Below, one piece after another: positions 9,494 through 18,564 of a DNA stretch of 38,471 nucleotides (positions are counted from its first letter, which is position 1; the number at the start of each line of letters is the position of its first letter). The position numbers and the translations under genes are program-made. The notes under the pieces are model-generated. The model saw only the letters and a program-made list of their open reading frames with translations, was not told the origin of the DNA and searched no databases. Origin of the DNA: Lachnospira sp. (GTDB lineage: Bacteria > Bacillota > Clostridia > Lachnospirales > Lachnospiraceae); assembly GCA_017397445.1 (NCBI GenBank), contig JAFQIQ010000187.1:1-38471 (forward strand). Reading direction: 5' to 3'.

Positions 9494-11866
9494 TTACTTA
9501 AATTCCACAATTGTTACACCGGCATCGCCTTCCCCGATTTCCCCAAGGCGGAAAGACTTCACATAAGATACGCCACGGAGAAATGCTGTTACGCCGTTAC
9601 GTAATGCACCGGTGCCTTTGCCGTGTACTACACGTACGGATGGTAATTTGGCTATATATGCATCATCCAGATACTTGTCCAGCCTGAATATAGCTTCGTC
9701 AACAGTCAGACCTAAAAGATTGATCTCAGTAGAAATATTTGCTGACTTTGACATCTTAATCTTTCCGGAACCGCCGGCACCTGATGCTTTCTTTGCAGCA
9801 GCAACTTCAGGATCCACGTAATCAGTCATTATTTCAAGGTTGTTGAATCGAGTCTTGGTGTTCATACTTCCCATAGAAACAGTCACCTCGCCCTTTGAAG
9901 GGGATATGGCGGTAACACTTCCAATAAGATTCATACTGACTATGCGTACATATTGTCCCACTTTGAACTCACTAATGTCGTGTGGTTTGAAAGACTTAGG
10001 TTTCTCGGTTTTAACGGCAAGTTTCTCCTGCCGCTTATTTATCTTTTCGCGAACAGCGCTGCGCTGCTTTTCAAGTTCCTTGACAGATACGCCGCTCTTA
10101 TTCATAGCCTTAATAGTTTCGTCTGCCAGTTCCTTGGCATCACGCAGGATATCAGCAGCCTGCTCGTTGGCCTTTCTGATAATTTTATCAGTGCGTTCAT
10201 CAAGCTTCTTAGACTTAGCTTTAAGTTCCGCTTTCAGGGCACTTATTTCCCGCTTGTAGGTTTCAATTTCAGCCTGCTCTTTTTCAATGGTGATGCGGCT
10301 TTTCTCAAGGTCTGAAAGCAAATCTTCAAAATGTATATTCTCAGCGTCAATTCGGCTGGTTGCATCATCAATAATATATTGAGGAAGTCCAAGCTTGCTG
10401 GATATGGCAAATGCATTACTCTTGCCCGGAACACCTATAAGAAGGCGATATGTTGGCTTAAGTGATGCCACATCGAATTCACAGCATGCATTTTCTACGC
10501 CGTCAGTTGTAAGGGCATAGACTTTAATCTCGCTATAATGAGTGGTTGCCATAGTAGTTACACCGCGGTTGTGCAGATCACTAAGAATTGCGATGGCCAG
10601 AGCTGCACCTTCAGTCGGATCAGTTCCGGCACCAATCTCATCGAAGAGAATAAGGCACTTGTCATCCGCTTCCTTCAGAATATTCACAGTGTTAGTCATA
10701 TGCGAAGAAAATGTACTTAAACTCTGTTCGATGCTTTGCTCATCACCAATATCCGCATATATATTATTAAACACAGCAATATCTGAATGTTCCATAGCTG
10801 GAATATTCAGGCCGGCCTGTGCCATCAGTGTGAGAAGACCTACAGTTTTTAAGGAAACAGTCTTACCGCCTGTATTAGGACCTGTTACGATAAGAAGGTT
10901 AAATGTGTCGCCAAGATATATATCGATTGGCACAACCACACGGGGATCAATTAAAGGATGTCGTCCCTTTTTGATGTTAATGTAGTTGTGGGTATTCATA
11001 GTTGGTCTGTTACATCGGTAATGCTTCGAAAGCTGAGCCTTTGCAAATATAAAATCAAGCTCTGTAAGAAGTGTGTAGTCAACCTCGATTTCAGCAGTAT
11101 ATTCTGCGGCCTGTGCACTGAGCTCAGCAAGAATAACCTCGATTTCAGCTTCTTCTTTAAGTTCCAGCTCGCGAATGTCATTGTTAAGTTTAACTACGGC
11201 TGCCGGTTCAATAAAGAGGGTTGAACCGGTAGAAGACTGGTCGTGAACCATACCCGGAACCTGAGATTTATATTCAGCTTTAACAGGCAGGCAATATCTG
11301 CCCTGTCTGCTGGTGATGACAAAATCCTGCAAACAATTTCTTACGGATGTGGAGTTAAGCATCTTATTAAGCTCGGTGTGAACCCTATCCGCAACAATTT
11401 TCTTCTGACGGCGAATCTCTCTTAAGGTAGGACTGGCGTCGTCGCTGATTTCCTCCTCTGATATAATGCACTGCTTAATTCTGCTGTTTAACTTGCCTAA
11501 CGGGTCTAAAGAATTAAAGTACCCGGTGAGGCAGTCGTTGGTTTCTTCATAAAATGCTTTGGCAGCAGATGCACAGCTAAGAAGTGAGCTGATACCAAGA
11601 AGTTCAATTATGTTAAGCGTTCCTCCGATTTCCAGTCTTTTTAGGGAAGCACGTACATCGCGGATTCCTGAAAAGGATGGACTTCCCTTGGCATAAATTC
11701 GCGAAAGAGCATCATTAGTCTGTGCAAGAGCTGCATTAATATCATTAATGTCAGTCATAGGTGTGAGTTTGCCTGCGACATTCTTTGCAGCCTCAGAAGA
11801 TGCGAAGGAAACAAGCTTTTCTATTATTTTGTTATATTCAAGAGTCTTAAGTGACTTGTTATTCAT
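9494..11866 (-). CDS. mutS2: Endonuclease MutS2
   Basis: TGPNTGGKT, QSLSTFSSHM, DEIGAGTDP, C-terminal Smr domain (VHGKGTGALR). Confidence 0.96.
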   Translation of the reverse strand: MNNKSLKTLEYNKIIEKLVSFASSEAAKNVAGKLTPMTDINDINAALAQTNDALSRIYAKGSPSFSGIRDVRASLKRLEIGGTLNIIELLGISSLLSCASAAKAFYEETNDCLTGYFNSLDPLGKLNSRIKQCIISEEEISDDASPTLREIRRQKKIVADRVHTELNKMLNSTSVRNCLQDFVITSRQGRYCLPVKAEYKSQVPGMVHDQSSTGSTLFIEPAAVVKLNNDIRELELKEEAEIEVILAELSAQAAEYTAEIEVDYTLLTELDFIFAKAQLSKHYRCNRPTMNTHNYINIKKGRHPLIDPRVVVPIDIYLGDTFNLLIVTGPNTGGKTVSLKTVGLLTLMAQAGLNIPAMEHSDIAVFNNIYADIGDEQSIEQSLSTFSSHMTNTVNILKEADDKCLILFDEIGAGTDPTEGAALAIAILSDLHNRGVTTMATTHYSEIKVYALTTDGVENACCEFDVASLKPTYRLLIGVPGKSNAFAISSKLGLPQYIIDDATSRIDAENIHFEDLLSDLEKSRITIEKEQAEIETYKREISALKAELKAKSKKLDERTDKIIRKANEQAADILRDAKELADETIKAMNKSGVSVKELEKQRSAVREKINKRQEKLAVKTEKPKSFKPHDISEFKVGQYVRIVSMNLIGSVTAISPSKGEVTVSMGSMNTKTRFNNLEIMTDYVDPEVAAAKKASGAGGSGKIKMSKSANISTEINLLGLTVDEAIFRLDKYLDDAYIAKLPSVRVVHGKGTGALRNGVTAFLRGVSYVKSFRLGEIGEGDAGVTIVEFK

Positions 11867-12060
11867 AATAAGTAATACCTTTCACATAAAAATACATATA
11901 TACATTTTACCCTATTTCGGTTAAAAATTCCAGTACAACTATAATACATTTGCAATATTCACACACTTGTAATAAAATGTTCATATATGGCGAGTATAAT
12001 TGTATGGAGCCAATATTACTTTGTGCTTAGGTGATAATCTTATATACATGGAGATTTTGA

Positions 12061-13383
12061 ATGAACAAGAGAAGTAATGACATAAATAATAACGTACAGG
12101 ACGGTGGCGAGAATTATCCGCTTTATACCGAGAAGATAGTGGTTAATCCATTTGTGAGATATAAAAAGATATTTGCGGCTCTTAGATTTCTGATACTTGC
12201 GGTATTGTTTGGACTTATTGCAGCAGCAGTTATGGCGTGGGCATATCCGAAGTTTCTTAATACAGGTGCTCAGACATCAGAGAATGGCAACGGAAAAGAT
12301 AAGGATGCGCTGGTGCTTAATAAAGATGAATTTCCGAGTGACGCCATTATGGATGAAACAGTGGCGGAAACTAAGCCTCAGGCGGGGCAGGACAATAAAC
12401 CGACCATCCAGCCACCAACGGAGCAGGATCCAATAGAAACAGAGCCGGTGCTTTCCTATGTAGAGCTTTTGGAAAAAATCCAAAAGTCAATAGTTGTAAT
12501 TGCGGATACGCCTAAGGCTAACCCGGGTGTGGTACCGGTTCCGGGAGAAGCCGAAGCTGATGAAACGGTAGGAGTTATTATTGGCGAATTAGGTGGCCGT
12601 TATCTGGTGCTTACAAGCAACAAGGCTATAAGTGCGTATAGTGAGAAAGTGGTTAAGATAGGCGATGAGGCAGAGGTAAGAGGTACACTTATCAGTTCTG
12701 ATTCAAGAACAGATTTGGCTTTAGTGGCATTTAACAAAGATGATATGACAGATTACGAAAAGACGCTGGTTTCGGTGGCACAGCTTGGTAATTCCTACAC
12801 GGTGAAACAGGGAGATGCATTTGTGGCAGCTGGAAAGCTTTACGGTAAGACTAAGGCCGCAGATAAGGGATTTGTCACAAGTGTTACATCTGAGATTGCA
12901 ACAGATAATTGTTATGGTATGATAAGTGCCGGAATAAGAGCTGTGGAGGGGGATTATTGTTTCCTTTTTAACGGCAAAGGTAATGTTATTGGTGTTTCAA
13001 AACTGGTGGAAAAGGATGCAAAATTTGCTGCTAACGGTATATCGGATTTGAAGTCACTGATTGAGAAACTTTCGTCGGACTCAGATATTATATATCTTGG
13101 TATTAAGGGAACCAATGTGACATCATCAATGGTTACCAATTATAACCTGCCATACGGAATCTATGTTACGGAAGTAATAATTGATTCGCCGGCATTTCAT
13201 GCAGGACTTCGTATGGGAGATGTTATTACGCGGGTTGATGGTACACAGTTGCTTGCCATGCAGCAGTTAAGTGATAAGCTTTACAGTTGTTCTAAGGGAC
13301 AGCAGATTAATATTACGGTGAAGCGTCCGGGAATGACTGCATATACTGATATGACATTTACTGCAACGCTAGGGGTAAGATAG
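12061..13383 (+). CDS. Membrane-anchored HtrA/S1C-like protein with PDZ domain, catalytic triad degenerate
   Basis: TM helix, GVII..YLVLT, TDLAL, LGNS, GNVIGV, YLGI, SPAFHAGLRMGDVI PDZ. Confidence 0.8.
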   Translation: MNKRSNDINNNVQDGGENYPLYTEKIVVNPFVRYKKIFAALRFLILAVLFGLIAAAVMAWAYPKFLNTGAQTSENGNGKDKDALVLNKDEFPSDAIMDETVAETKPQAGQDNKPTIQPPTEQDPIETEPVLSYVELLEKIQKSIVVIADTPKANPGVVPVPGEAEADETVGVIIGELGGRYLVLTSNKAISAYSEKVVKIGDEAEVRGTLISSDSRTDLALVAFNKDDMTDYEKTLVSVAQLGNSYTVKQGDAFVAAGKLYGKTKAADKGFVTSVTSEIATDNCYGMISAGIRAVEGDYCFLFNGKGNVIGVSKLVEKDAKFAANGISDLKSLIEKLSSDSDIIYLGIKGTNVTSSMVTNYNLPYGIYVTEVIIDSPAFHAGLRMGDVITRVDGTQLLAMQQLSDKLYSCSKGQQINITVKRPGMTAYTDMTFTATLGVR

Positions 13384-13401
13384 GAAAAGGAGAATTAGAA
13401 A

Positions 13402-14343
13402 ATGAGATATATTGACACATTAAGAGATGGTGACAGAATTGCGGATGTGTATCTTTGTAAGACAAAGAACACAGCCCTCACAAAGAACGGCAAGGAATAT
13501 GAAAATCTTATCCTACAGGATAAGACCGGTCAGATTGATGCCAAGATATGGGAAGTCAATTCGGGCGGAATAGGTGACTTTGATGCGGGAGATTACATAG
13601 ATGTAACAGGCCAGGTGACAAGTTTTAACGGTTCACTTCAGATTAAGGTCGACCGCGTACGCAGAGTTCGTGAAGGCGAATATGATCCCAGAGATTATGT
13701 TCCGGCAACAAGATTCGATATAGAGACTATGTATGCAGACATCTTAAAATATGTCAATACCATAGAGAATGTGTATATTCGTAAGCTGTTAGAGAGTTTC
13801 TTTGTAGAGGATGAAAGCTTTGTGTCAAAGTTCAAATCAGTGGCAGCAGGAAAATCTGTGCATCACGGTTTTATGGGCGGCCTTATAGAGCATAGTCTCA
13901 GTGTGACACGTATGTGTGATGCCATGGCGAAGAACTATGACTACTTAAATCGCGACCTTTTGGTTGCCTGCGGTATGCTTCATGACTGTGGAAAGGTTAA
14001 GGAGATTGCACCTATGCCAATCAGTGATTATACAGACGAAGGTAATTATATCGGTCACATAGTGCTGGGTTATGAAATGGTTAGGGAAAAGATTGCTAAG
14101 ATTGAAGGATTTCCACAGTTGCTTGCAGATCAGATAGGGCATTGTATACTTTCACATCATGGAAAGCTGGAGTTTGGTTCGCCAAAGCGTCCGGCTATTG
14201 CCGAGGCAATAGCACTCTCATATGCAGACGACTGCGACGCTAAGTTGGAAGCCATGTATGAGGCCCTTTCAGCAAAGGATAGCAATGACTGGCTCGGATA
14301 TAACAAGTGGGTAGACAGTAATATTAAGAAGACGATAGTGTGA
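13402..14343 (+). CDS. yhaM: 3'-5' exoribonuclease YhaM family (OB fold + HD)
   Basis: LQDKTGQIDAKIW, HHGFMGGLIEH, LHDCGK, SHHGKLEFGSP. Confidence 0.9.
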   Translation: MRYIDTLRDGDRIADVYLCKTKNTALTKNGKEYENLILQDKTGQIDAKIWEVNSGGIGDFDAGDYIDVTGQVTSFNGSLQIKVDRVRRVREGEYDPRDYVPATRFDIETMYADILKYVNTIENVYIRKLLESFFVEDESFVSKFKSVAAGKSVHHGFMGGLIEHSLSVTRMCDAMAKNYDYLNRDLLVACGMLHDCGKVKEIAPMPISDYTDEGNYIGHIVLGYEMVREKIAKIEGFPQLLADQIGHCILSHHGKLEFGSPKRPAIAEAIALSYADDCDAKLEAMYEALSAKDSNDWLGYNKWVDSNIKKTIV

Positions 14344-14447
14344 TATGGAGATTTTGTAGGATGTTATAATGGAGTGAGGGTACGCATATACCTTACAAAA
14401 TCTCTATGTCAGAGAAGGGAAGATGACTAAAGGATAGGAATTGGAAA

Positions 14448-15875
14448 ATGCTTAAAAAGGACGATGTTGTAGTACTTACAATTGAAGATATTGGAACAGG
14501 CGGTGAGGGAATCGGTAAGGTTGATGGTTATACCCTCTTTGTTAAGGACGCAGTGATTGGTGATGTTGTGGAGGCGAAGGTAATTAAGGCTAAGAAAAGC
14601 TATGGTTACGGTCGCCTTATTAACATAGTCACCCCATCTGATAAACGTGTGGAGCCGCGTTGCCCGGTAGCCCGTCAGTGTGGCGGCTGCCAGATTCAGC
14701 AGATGTCCTACACAGCTCAGCTTGAGTATAAGCAGAAACTTGTAGGCGACAATCTTTCAAGAATAGGCGGACTTTCAGAAGGCACATATGAAATGTGTCC
14801 TATAATCGGCATGGAGAAACCGTACAATTACCGTAACAAAGCTCAGTTTCCGGTTGGAACTGACAAAAATGGCAAGATTGTTATGGGATTTTATGCAGGC
14901 CGCACTCATTATATAATTGATAACACAGACTGCTGTCTTGGTGCAGAAATTAACCAAAATATTCTTGAGACAGTGCGCTCTTATATGCAGTCTAATGGTG
15001 TGAGTGCATATGATGAGGAAAACCACACAGGTCTTGTGCGTCACGTATTAATCAGGACAGGCTTTCACACAGGACAGATTATGGTGTGCTTGGTTCTTAA
15101 TGGTAAGAAACTGCCGAACGCAGAGTCTTTAGTGGCTGCTTTGTCCGCAATCGAAGGCATGGCGTCAGTCATGATAAATGTAAATAAAGAACGCACCAAT
15201 GTTATTCTTGGTCAGGAATGTCTCACACTTTGGGGCAATCCATATATCGAGGACAGCATCTGTGGCATAATGTATAGAATTTCACCGTTGTCATTCTTTC
15301 AGGTAAATCCTGTCCAGACGGAGAAACTGTACAATAAAGCTCTCGAATTCGCAGGACTTACAGGCAAGGAAACGGTCTGGGACCTTTACTGCGGAATCGG
15401 CTCAATCTCGCTTCTTATGGCAACAAAGGCAAAGAAGGTTTACGGTGTGGAAATAGTTCCGCAGGCTATAGAGGATGCTAAGGATAATGCTGTAAGAAAT
15501 GGTATATCTAACGCCGAGTTTTTCGTGGGTAAGGCAGAGGAAGTGGTTCCTACATTTTATGAGGATATTAGGAAAAAGTTGGAGAAGGTTGGAGAAGGTA
15601 GTGAGGACGCAGGTTTGTTGGCTACCCGTGAGAGTATCTCTCCGGATGTAATTGTGGTTGACCCACCACGCAAGGGCTGTGATGAGGCACTTCTTGAAAC
15701 TATTGTTAAGATGGCACCTGAGAGGGTGGTTTATGTGAGCTGTGACCCGTCTACGCTTGCGAGAGATTTGAAGTATCTCGTGGCAAACGGGTATGAGGTG
15801 AAGAAGGTGCAGCCTGTGGACCAGTTCGGGCATACGGTGCATGTGGAGACGGTTTGCCTGCTTTCGAAGAAATAG
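14448..15875 (+). CDS. rlmD: 23S rRNA (uracil-C5)-methyltransferase RlmD with TRAM domain
   Basis: CPVARQCGGC Fe-S motif, SFFQVN, DLYCGIG, VDPPRKG, YVSCDPSTLARD, HVETV. Confidence 0.95.
   Translation: MLKKDDVVVLTIEDIGTGGEGIGKVDGYTLFVKDAVIGDVVEAKVIKAKKSYGYGRLINIVTPSDKRVEPRCPVARQCGGCQIQQMSYTAQLEYKQKLVGDNLSRIGGLSEGTYEMCPIIGMEKPYNYRNKAQFPVGTDKNGKIVMGFYAGRTHYIIDNTDCCLGAEINQNILETVRSYMQSNGVSAYDEENHTGLVRHVLIRTGFHTGQIMVCLVLNGKKLPNAESLVAALSAIEGMASVMINVNKERTNVILGQECLTLWGNPYIEDSICGIMYRISPLSFFQVNPVQTEKLYNKALEFAGLTGKETVWDLYCGIGSISLLMATKAKKVYGVEIVPQAIEDAKDNAVRNGISNAEFFVGKAEEVVPTFYEDIRKKLEKVGEGSEDAGLLATRESISPDVIVVDPPRKGCDEALLETIVKMAPERVVYVSCDPSTLARDLKYLVANGYEVKKVQPVDQFGHTVHVETVCLLSKK
15839..15862 (+). repeat. 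attL-like copy of the rlmD 3' end
   Basis: GCATGTGGAGACGGTTTGCCTGCT, 21/24 identical to 23086-23109. Confidence 0.85.
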
Positions 15876-15979
15876 CCATTTAATGCGGGTTTGAGGGCAC
15901 TTTTGAAGGAAACATAGCTACAAAATTTGACTGAAAAATATGTGCATGAAATCAGAAAATAGAATAGGGTGTAAAAAAT

Positions 15980-16028
15980 AAATACCTTTTGGCGAGGTTA
16001 TAGGACTGTTCGCTGAAAGGTATTTTTT
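15980..16028 (+). terminator. Intrinsic terminator downstream of rlmD
   Basis: AAATACCTTTTGGCGA...TCGCTGAAAGGTATTT followed by Ts. Confidence 0.7.
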
Positions 16029-16086
16029 GTTTGGTAAGTGCGCGAGAGGGTATGGAGTTGTGTGCCGAAATTTATGTAGAAACTTA

Positions 16087-16115
16087 TTGATATTCGGCGT
16101 TTCAACGCTTATAAT
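16087..16115 (+). promoter_or_regulatory. Sigma70-type promoter of the island HTH gene
   Basis: TTGATA-17 bp-TATAAT. Confidence 0.65.
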
Positions 16116-16156
16116 GTTAGTATGGTAAAATGGTTACTTTTGTATGATTCGATGGA

Positions 16157-16360
16157 GTGAATAATATGGAGTATATGACAATTAAAGAAGCATCAGAAAA
16201 ATGGAATCTTTCAGTGAGAAGAGTGCAAACCATCTGTAACGAGGGAATGGTGCCGGGAGTAACGAAATTTGGGCATTCTTGGGCGATACCGAAGGATGCA
16301 GAGAAGCCGATAGATAAAAGGATTAAATCCGGAAAGTATATAAAAAATGCAGAAGTATGA
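16157..16360 (+). CDS. Small MerR-like/excisionase-type HTH DNA-binding protein
   Basis: YMTIKEASEKWNLSVRRVQTICNEGMVPGVTKFGHSWAIP, typical HTH_17-like sequence. Confidence 0.82.
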   Translation: MNNMEYMTIKEASEKWNLSVRRVQTICNEGMVPGVTKFGHSWAIPKDAEKPIDKRIKSGKYIKNAEV

Positions 16361-16452
16361 AATTTTTGATGTGATTTTGGGACTAAGTCCGTATTTATGG
16401 ACACGAGTGGATTTAGAATTAAAGAAAAACTACGATGGAGGTACTATATCAT

Positions 16453-16851
16453 ATGGCAGCTAAGGCGAAGAAAGAAGTTTCAATGGAAGAAGCGTTGTGG
16501 AAATCTGCAGATAAGCTTAGAGGTTCTGTAGACCCATCTGAATACAAACATGTGGTGCCTAGTTTATTTTTCCTTAAGTTTGCGAGTGATAAATTTGAGG
16601 AACAGAGAGCAAAAATTATAGCTGAAGGTAGAGAAAAGTTTGTAGATAATATTGCATTCTATACAAAAGACAATGTTTTCTATCTTCCAGAAGAGAGTAG
16701 ATGGTCTTTTATTATGGATAATGCAAAACAGGATGATAGTGCATTAAAGATAGACACTGCTCTGTATACTATTGAGAAAACTAATCCAGTATTAAAGGGA
16801 GCATTACCAGATAACTACTATTCATGATTGCAGATTGATATTGTTAAGCTG
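16453..16851 (+). pseudogene. hsdM: Type I restriction-modification HsdM N-terminal fragment
   Basis: LWKSADKLRGSVDPSEYKHVV..FLKFASD, GALPDNYYS*LQIDIVKL; methyltransferase core missing. Confidence 0.85.
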
Positions 16852-17085
16852 AAAAGAACTGCTATAGTTGAAATTGAATCAGGAAAAAGAGCTGTTAAGG
16901 CCGATGAATTATGTCCCTTTAGCAGGCTTTTCAGAGTGTCAGCAGATGAACTTTTAGAGGGCGATGATATAGAGTTATCAAATGAAGAATTATTGCGTGG
17001 TTTTTCGGAATTAGATGATTCTGACCGACAGGAAATATTGAATTTAATAGAATTTAAGAAGGTACAGAAGAATAAAAGAAACTAG
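16852..17085 (+). pseudogene. XRE-family HTH regulator lacking its N-terminus, fused in frame to the hsdM fragment
   Basis: RTAIVEIESGKRAVKADEL..SRLFRVSADELL is the second half of an HTH_3; no RBS/start of its own. Confidence 0.7.
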
Positions 17086-17130
17086 AACGTCAACTATAAT
17101 AGAGAGCATTAAAGGAAGGCGGGTAACAAT

Positions 17131-18483
17131 ATGGCTGAGAGTCAAAATATAGAATGGAAAGAGTCATGGCGAGATGAATACCTAAAATGGATATGTGGTT
17201 TTGCTAATGCTCAAGGTGGAAAAATATATATTGGATGTAATGATGATGGGGAAATTGTAGGTGTAGAAGATTCAAAGAAGTTGATGGAAGATATTCCAAA
17301 TAAGATTACCCAGTCATTAGGGATTGTTGCGGATGTAAATCTGCTGGAGAAAGATGACAAAGAATATATCGAAATAGTTGTTCCGGCTTATTCTACAAGC
17401 ATTTCATATAAGGGCGTTTATCATTATCGCAGTGGAAGCACCAAGCAGGTTCTTACAGGCCCAGCGTTGGAAAGTTTCCTGAACGGCAAGCGAGGTGTTA
17501 CCTGGGATAATATGCCAATTCCTGCGTTTACAATGGCTGATGTTGAAGATTCGGTAGTTAATAAATTTAAAGAGTTAGCAGCTAAAAAAGGAAGAATCGA
17601 ACCTTCTTTACTTGAAGAGTCCAAAGAAGTATTACTAGAAAAACTTCACCTTACATCTGGTGGATATTTGACAAATGCTGCAATGATGTTATTTTCAAAA
17701 GATCCAGAGAAATGGCAATTGGGTGCATATGTAAAGGTTGGATATTTTGAAACAGATGCAGACCTTATGTATCAGGATGAAGTAAGAGGTTCGCTAATAG
17801 AGATTGTAGATAAAATTATTGAGCTTATATATTTCAAGTATATGAGAGCGAAAATCACATATGTAGGAATGCAGAGGAGAGAACGTTACTTTGTGCCAGA
17901 GGCAGCACTAAGAGAGACGTTACTTAATGCTTTATGCCATTCACAGTATAATTATGGTGTGCCAATTCAGATAAGTGTATATGCAGATAAGATGTATATT
18001 GCTAACTGTGGTCAGTTGCCGGATAATTGGACTGCGGAAAATTTAATGGGCAAGCATGCATCAAGACCTTATAATCCTAATATTGCAAATGTCTTTTATT
18101 TGGCTGGATTTATAGAAAGCTGGGGAAGAGGTATTGAGAAAATATGTGAAGCTTGTAAGGCGGATGATTTGCCAATGCCTGAATTTACAATAAATCCAGG
18201 TGATATCATGGTAAAATTTACTGCACCGGAAGATAGAGTAGTGAATGGACCAGGTAAGGTGACTGAGAAGGTGACTGAGAGGGTGACTGAGAAGGTGACT
18301 GAGAAAGAAAAAGAGGTAATAGAGCTGCTCCGAATTGATCCAGGATATACGTATGCGGATTTGGCCCAAAATTTGAAAGTAAGTCGAAAGACAGTGTCTG
18401 ACAGGATTAAGACTTTAAAAGATAAAGGTATTATTGAACGTATGGGTTCAGATACAAAAGGTTATTGGGAAATTAAAGGCTAA
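17131..18483 (+). CDS. AlbA_2 (Schlafen-like) ATP-binding protein with HATPase_c_4/RecG-C-like domain and C-terminal wHTH
   Basis: ESQNIEWKE, CGFANAQGGKIYIG, ALRETLLNALCH, NPNIANVF, ESWGRGIEKI, IIERMGSDTKGYWE. Confidence 0.88.
   Translation: MAESQNIEWKESWRDEYLKWICGFANAQGGKIYIGCNDDGEIVGVEDSKKLMEDIPNKITQSLGIVADVNLLEKDDKEYIEIVVPAYSTSISYKGVYHYRSGSTKQVLTGPALESFLNGKRGVTWDNMPIPAFTMADVEDSVVNKFKELAAKKGRIEPSLLEESKEVLLEKLHLTSGGYLTNAAMMLFSKDPEKWQLGAYVKVGYFETDADLMYQDEVRGSLIEIVDKIIELIYFKYMRAKITYVGMQRRERYFVPEAALRETLLNALCHSQYNYGVPIQISVYADKMYIANCGQLPDNWTAENLMGKHASRPYNPNIANVFYLAGFIESWGRGIEKICEACKADDLPMPEFTINPGDIMVKFTAPEDRVVNGPGKVTEKVTERVTEKVTEKEKEVIELLRIDPGYTYADLAQNLKVSRKTVSDRIKTLKDKGIIERMGSDTKGYWEIKG
18256..18303 (+). 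repeat. 4 x 12-bp in-frame tandem repeat (KVTE/RVTE)
   Basis: AAGGTGACTGAG x2, AGGGTGACTGAG, AAGGTGACTGAG. Confidence 0.95.
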
Positions 18484-18564
18484 CTTATAGGCTATTCATT
18501 AAATAGTGTAAAGTCTATAAAGATAGGTGTAAATAAAAAACTTTAATAATGACAAGGAGAAAGA

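Noticed and set aside
9612-11425. Several plus-strand ORFs opposite mutS2 (and similar short antisense ORFs elsewhere)
   Set aside because: Codon-bias shadows of real genes, without RBS or recognisable domains.
15560-15640. Roughly 20-aa insertion in RlmD as an intein or mobile insert
   Set aside because: Too short, no splicing residues, and it falls in a typically variable loop.
16825-16827. Selenocysteine readthrough of the TGA in hsdM
   Set aside because: The position corresponds to Arg, no SECIS-like hairpin is evident, and the gene is otherwise truncated.
18256-18303. CRISPR array or iterons
   Set aside because: Head-to-tail in-frame coding repeats with no spacers; no CRISPR array or cas gene seen anywhere in the window.
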